64,000 bases of DNA from an uncultured Methanoregulaceae archaeon (GTDB taxonomy: Archaea > Halobacteriota > Methanomicrobia > Methanomicrobiales > Methanospirillaceae). Made by a program: the position numbers and the translations under genes. Each line of letters begins with the position of its first letter. Position 1 is the first letter of the stretch. Of the stretch, positions 60,025-64,000 are shown one piece after another. The notes under the pieces were generated by a model, which was not told the DNA's origin, made no database searches, and was given only the letters and a program-made list of their open reading frames with translations. The stretch lies in assembly GCA_963841015.1 (NCBI GenBank), contig CAWJAX010000002.1:1-64000 (forward strand), given 5' to 3'.

Positions 60025-60260
60025 CGATTCTTTCTTTTTTACCGTGTGAACGTTTTTTTGCACACTGACATTCGCCAGCGCATAATCCCGCCCCATCTTC
60101 AAACCCGTGAAGCAATTTTCAGGTTCATGCCGTGCTTTCCCGCATAAAAAAGGGAATATAGTAAAAATTTTTCATTTTAAAGCTTATTCAAAACTTTTTT
60201 TAAAATAAATTAATTTAAGTACTAGAAATTTATTTAAAGGAAATTGGTTAATAGTCTTAT

Positions 60261-60686
60261 ATGTCAGCTACCAAGAACCAGGCAAAGCCTGCACACCGGG
60301 GACTTTCGTTCCAGATCCCCATTTTCTATAAACTGATGGTGAGTATGCTCTTTGTTTCAATGATCCCGATGATGCTTCTCGGGATCGTTTCCATGGGAGG
60401 GACTGACAGTATTGTTACGAGCCTGGGACTGACAAACAGCATCTTTGTCCTCACGTTCGTCACCCTCTCTGTCGTCGTCATGTGGAGTTTTTTCCTTGCC
60501 AGCAGCATCACCAACCCGATTGTAAAACTGTCGGAAATTGCTACCAGCATGAGCACCGGAGAGCTGAAAAATCCGGAAATTGAACTGCTCAGTAACGATG
60601 AGATTGGGGAGCTCCAGACCGCGTTCAACCGGATGATCAATACCTATAAGATTCTCGATACCCTGGCAAAAGAAGCAAACGAGTAA
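60261..60686 (+). CDS. Stand-alone membrane HAMP-domain protein
   Basis: Two TMs, then ITNPIVKLSEIATSMSTGEL...SNDEIGELQTAFNRM; no output domain. Confidence 0.88.
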   Translation: MSATKNQAKPAHRGLSFQIPIFYKLMVSMLFVSMIPMMLLGIVSMGGTDSIVTSLGLTNSIFVLTFVTLSVVVMWSFFLASSITNPIVKLSEIATSMSTGELKNPEIELLSNDEIGELQTAFNRMINTYKILDTLAKEANE

Positions 60687-60830
60687 CCAGGACGGATGGC
60701 AGAGTGGTACTATCAGCGGCAGTAAGGAACAAAAATGCCCTGGAGGCTACGAGGGTATGCAACGGAAATCCGGAGTATTCCATGACCTGATGCTCCAAAG
60801 ATACAATGCACCGACAGGAAGAGGACACGA

Positions 60831-61178
60831 ATGCTCAAGGAAATACTGAATAAATTTCTCATCCTTCACGATGTACGGGGAGTCATCGTCGTAAGGGAGG
60901 ATGGGGGCATTGTTGAGAGCATCAAGTCGGGTATGGAATATAATGATGCCTTCATGGCGGCAGTTTCCACCTTCATGGTGGGTTCAAAAGTTACGGCAGA
61001 TACCTTTGGAAATTCTCCCGCTTTTATGGTGTTTATGGAATTTCCTGATTATTTCCTTCTCCTTGCACCCCTCAAAGAAGCATTTTTTTTACTGGTTATT
61101 GCACAGAACACCGCAAATATCGGACAGATTAACCAGGCGATGAAAAAGAACCGGGAAGACCTGGTTGCACTCCTATGA
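60831..61178 (+). CDS. Roadblock/LC7 (MglB-like) protein
   Basis: 115 aa; L.EIL..F....DVRGVIVVREDG, LLVIAQ..ANIGQI. Confidence 0.78.
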   Translation: MLKEILNKFLILHDVRGVIVVREDGGIVESIKSGMEYNDAFMAAVSTFMVGSKVTADTFGNSPAFMVFMEFPDYFLLLAPLKEAFFLLVIAQNTANIGQINQAMKKNREDLVALL

Positions 61179-62293
61179 AACCGTTACCTGAAGGAAAAAG
61201 CCTGGGATGGATGCAGGCACCGGCATCGTGGATAGGCTCCCATACGGTACGCTTTATCGGGGTGGTCCGGGTGGTGATCCAGGACGGGGAAGGATTTATC
61301 CTGATAAAAAAAGGAAAGCCGCTCTTCTACTATTTTAAACAGGGTACAATTGAATTAAAAGGGCACACTGCGCTGGATTATTTTAATTCTCACCCTGTCA
61401 TTGAATTTAATCTCTGTAAATATAACCCGGATGAGTTGGCGTGGGCGATGAAACTCTGTAATATTGAAGACCCCGACCGCGTGGTTCCCAAAGGACCGGT
61501 TGTTTCTGGACCGGTATCACGGGAACCCACCGCCCCTTCCCTCATACTTGTTCCTCATGTTGTAAAACCTGCAAGGGATGCAGGAATTTCGGACCCGGTC
61601 GTGGTTGCACACCCGGTTCCTACGGTTTCCAAAGGACCGGTTGTTCCCGGGCCAGTGTCACGGGAACACAACCTTCCCTCACACACAGCAGTTCCACCGG
61701 TCGTAAAACCTGTCCAGGTCAAAAGCGTCCCGGACCCGGTCGTAGTTCCACACCCGGTTCCCACGGTTACCAAAGGACCGGATGTTCCCGGGCCGGTGTT
61801 ACGGGAACACAACCCTCACTCACACACAGCAGTTCCACCGGTCGTAAAACCTGTCCAGGTCAAAAGCGTCCCGGACCCGGTCGTAGTTCCACACCCGGTT
61901 CCCAAGGTTGAGGAACGAGCAGTCGCACCAATCCCGGAGGCCAGTGAAGATCCGGAGGTAACCCTGCTTTCGCAGATCAGGGACCTGGATGACATTGTAG
62001 CCCTTGCAGTATTCAATGATACCCGCACGGTCATCATGATGAGTGATGAAGACAGTGAGGCCCTGGTAAAAATTGCACGAACCATGCTTGGGACAGCAAG
62101 GAAAATGACACCCCGGCTGCCCTGGGGACCTTTTGTGCATATGACCTTCCAGATACCTTCGGGCAACATGATCATAGCGCCCTATAAGGACAATTACCTT
62201 TGTCTGCTCACGACAAGGGCTATCAATATTGGGCATATCCGGAGGATTCTTCGCGATCTTTTACAAAAAGACGCACCTGAGCGGATGTCATGA
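61175..62293 (+). CDS. DUF2226-like N-domain + Pro/Val-rich repeats + roadblock-like C-domain
   Basis: LPEG N-terminus, F.G.VRV...GEGFILIKKG, LKG..AL; C-terminal LCLLT...INIGHIRRIL; ATGA overlap with the roadblock gene. Confidence 0.65.
   Translation: MKPLPEGKSLGWMQAPASWIGSHTVRFIGVVRVVIQDGEGFILIKKGKPLFYYFKQGTIELKGHTALDYFNSHPVIEFNLCKYNPDELAWAMKLCNIEDPDRVVPKGPVVSGPVSREPTAPSLILVPHVVKPARDAGISDPVVVAHPVPTVSKGPVVPGPVSREHNLPSHTAVPPVVKPVQVKSVPDPVVVPHPVPTVTKGPDVPGPVLREHNPHSHTAVPPVVKPVQVKSVPDPVVVPHPVPKVEERAVAPIPEASEDPEVTLLSQIRDLDDIVALAVFNDTRTVIMMSDEDSEALVKIARTMLGTARKMTPRLPWGPFVHMTFQIPSGNMIIAPYKDNYLCLLTTRAINIGHIRRILRDLLQKDAPERMS
61490..61903 (+). repeat. Intragenic tandem repeat, 141-bp period, 3 units
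   Basis: AAAGGACCGG at 61490, 61631 and 61772; units 2 and 3 nearly identical. Confidence 0.92.
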
Positions 62294-62365
62294 GCCGGGA
62301 CTGACCATTTCCTTCCGACACGTAATTCCCCTTTTAACCGGATAACGGAGAGGAAAATCCTACTC

Positions 62366-62577
62366 CCGGAAGGGGCAAACCAGCACATTTCTTTCGTAAA
62401 GTTTGCCGAATTGTTGCCTTATAACAATAGCAGCATTTTTTTAACCGGATGCGGCGCAAACGGAACAGGACGACCTGTGATGCAACAGGCTCAATAACCG
62501 AAAATAAAGCAGCGTTTGCCGTGATACAGGCCGATGATCTGGTAAAGAAGATCTATGATGTTATTGATAAATCCCGA
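62366..62577 (+). pseudogene. Degenerate 3' half of a HEPN gene paralogous to 36821-37240
   Basis: PEGANQHISFVKFAEL...RMRRKRNRTTCDATGSITENKAAFAVIQADDLVKKIYDVIDKS versus the intact PDGANQHVSVVKFVEL...RMRRKRNSSVYDTAGSITESEAAFALREAEDLVKKIFAVIDKS; has indels and a lost stop. Confidence 0.85.
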
Positions 62578-62724
62578 CTGTCGTTGGGTGATGAGAACAA
62601 CAACATGAGAACACGCTCAGATACCATGTCGCCGTTCTTTTCATCCTGAAAGGTTCTTTCGGGGGATCATTAGTCTCCGCATACGGGAAGTATCAGAGAT
62701 TGTCAGACATCGCAACGATATTCA

Positions 62725-64000
62725 TCATCCTGCTGAGTAAGTCAAGACTTCCCGGAATGCAACCTTAATTGCAGGAACACCGTTATCGTTGAACCTCATT
62801 GCTATGACGTCAACGGTGGTCACGGTCCCGTCCATCCGGAAAAATTTTTCTCTCATGACGGGTGCAGGTTTATCGGGCTCTGTATGTATCTGCTGTATGC
62901 GGTTTTCCAGATCCTTTCGGGAATCCGGATGGATGAACTGAAAAATGGATCTTCCGATCATATCTTCAGGTTTGCAGGCACCCAGGATTTTTGCGGCTCT
63001 CTCGTTTAAAAAAGCAATTTTTTTGTCTTTGTGAATCGCGATTGCATCAAAAGACTGCTCAAGGAGCTGCTGGTATGTCTGTTCACTCTCGCGTAATGCT
63101 ATTTCAGCACGTTTGCGTTCGGTGATGTTACGAGAAATCGTCACAACCGCTACAATGGTACCTTTATCATCCCTGATCGGGGATAAACTGTCACTAAACC
63201 AGAGCGTCTCGCCGTTCCAGGTGAGCGAGGTATCCTCCCTGATACGCTGTCCGGTTTTTACAACAGTTTTCACCCGTTCTATTATCCTGTCGGCAGCATC
63301 TTTATCAAGGAGTTCACAGGGTGTCAGACCGATCAGATCTTTTTGGGAAACTCCATACCCGTCGGTAGCATTAAAATACAGGTATCGTCCTTCAGGGTCC
63401 TGCATAAAGATTAAATCTTCAGTACTATCAATGAGAAGCTGGAGCCGCCGCTCATTTTCGAGTAACTCCAGTTCAATCTCTTTACGCTCTGTTATATCCC
63501 GTATCGCAACCTGGATAGCAGGTTTACCGTTGATAGTTGTTTTTACTCCCCGGCCTTCAACAATAACTGAACTGCCGTCAACGCGGAGTAACTGCAGTTC
63601 AATCGGGGGTGTCGTATTCCCGCCAAGATCTTTTTCGATATTATTCCGGACTGCATCGCGGTAGTCCGGCTGAATTATTTCAAGGACATTTTTACCGAGT
63701 ATTTCATTGCTATCCATTACACCCAGCATGGTAAGAGCAGCAGGATTCAGGAACGTGATTTTTCCTTCCTGGTGAATAATCACTCCATCAGGGGATATTT
63801 CCACCAGCTGGCGGTACCGTTCTTCGCTTTCCCGTAATGCTTCTTCTGACTTCTTTCGATCGGTAATGTCACGGGCAATAATCGCGATTTTCTTCACATC
63901 ACCTGTCTCGTTCAGTATTGGATATGCAACCGTGTCATACCACGAACTGCCACGTTGATCGATAAAGCGCACCATCTCTTTCTTTTCCAGTATTGGTGCC
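62725..64000 (-). CDS. Multi-PAS sensor protein (5' end outside window)
   Basis: Repeated PAS/PAC units (RDITDRK, RDITERK, RNITERK); no kinase domain at the C-terminus. Confidence 0.85.
   Translation of the reverse strand, partial: APILEKKEMVRFIDQRGSSWYDTVAYPILNETGDVKKIAIIARDITDRKKSEEALRESEERYRQLVEISPDGVIIHQEGKITFLNPAALTMLGVMDSNEILGKNVLEIIQPDYRDAVRNNIEKDLGGNTTPPIELQLLRVDGSSVIVEGRGVKTTINGKPAIQVAIRDITERKEIELELLENERRLQLLIDSTEDLIFMQDPEGRYLYFNATDGYGVSQKDLIGLTPCELLDKDAADRIIERVKTVVKTGQRIREDTSLTWNGETLWFSDSLSPIRDDKGTIVAVVTISRNITERKRAEIALRESEQTYQQLLEQSFDAIAIHKDKKIAFLNERAAKILGACKPEDMIGRSIFQFIHPDSRKDLENRIQQIHTEPDKPAPVMREKFFRMDGTVTTVDVIAMRFNDNGVPAIKVAFREVLTYSAG

Overview
Archaeal chromosomal DNA, most likely from a Methanomicrobiales methanogen (Methanoregula-like). 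The assignment is inferred from TATA-box promoters, poly-T terminators, connectase/DUF2121, DUF63, an Isf-type flavoprotein, a PEGA protein with a PGF-CTERM-like tail and multi-PAS sensors. There are about 65 protein genes. I recognised no rRNA, tRNA, CRISPR array, integrase or transposase. At least 11 genes are split by small indels, mostly +1 insertions, which looks like unpolished long-read error rather than biology. Main blocks: (1) fasciclin plus a TIGR04283-GT / membrane protein / radical SAM-SPASM / methyltransferase / TIGR04282-GT cluster, followed by a photolyase fragment, DUF523-DUF1722, a flavin-binding protein and SOUL; (2) two inverted copies of a PEEF-motif P-type ATPase + bestrophin-like membrane protein pair, the second followed by a Ca2+-type ATPase, plus a deleted relic of that operon; (3) an accessory tract (about 25.5-40 kb) with a Cys-rich repeat secreted protein, two toxin-antitoxin pairs, wHTH-PAS sensors and two copies of a ~230-bp structured non-coding repeat; (4) htpX, DUF63, Trx-DsbD/CcdA, rubredoxin, MBL-rhodanese + YeeE pair, TspO, shikimate kinase and a HAMP/roadblock/DUF2226-like cluster. 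The most notable unexplained signal is a 12-bp palindrome, TYACRATYGTRA, found just downstream of the TATA-like box in five promoters (both ATPase-bestrophin operons, a wHTH regulator, DUF63-Trx/DsbD and htpX). It suggests an envelope/ion-stress regulon. All family assignments come from motif recognition, not database searches.
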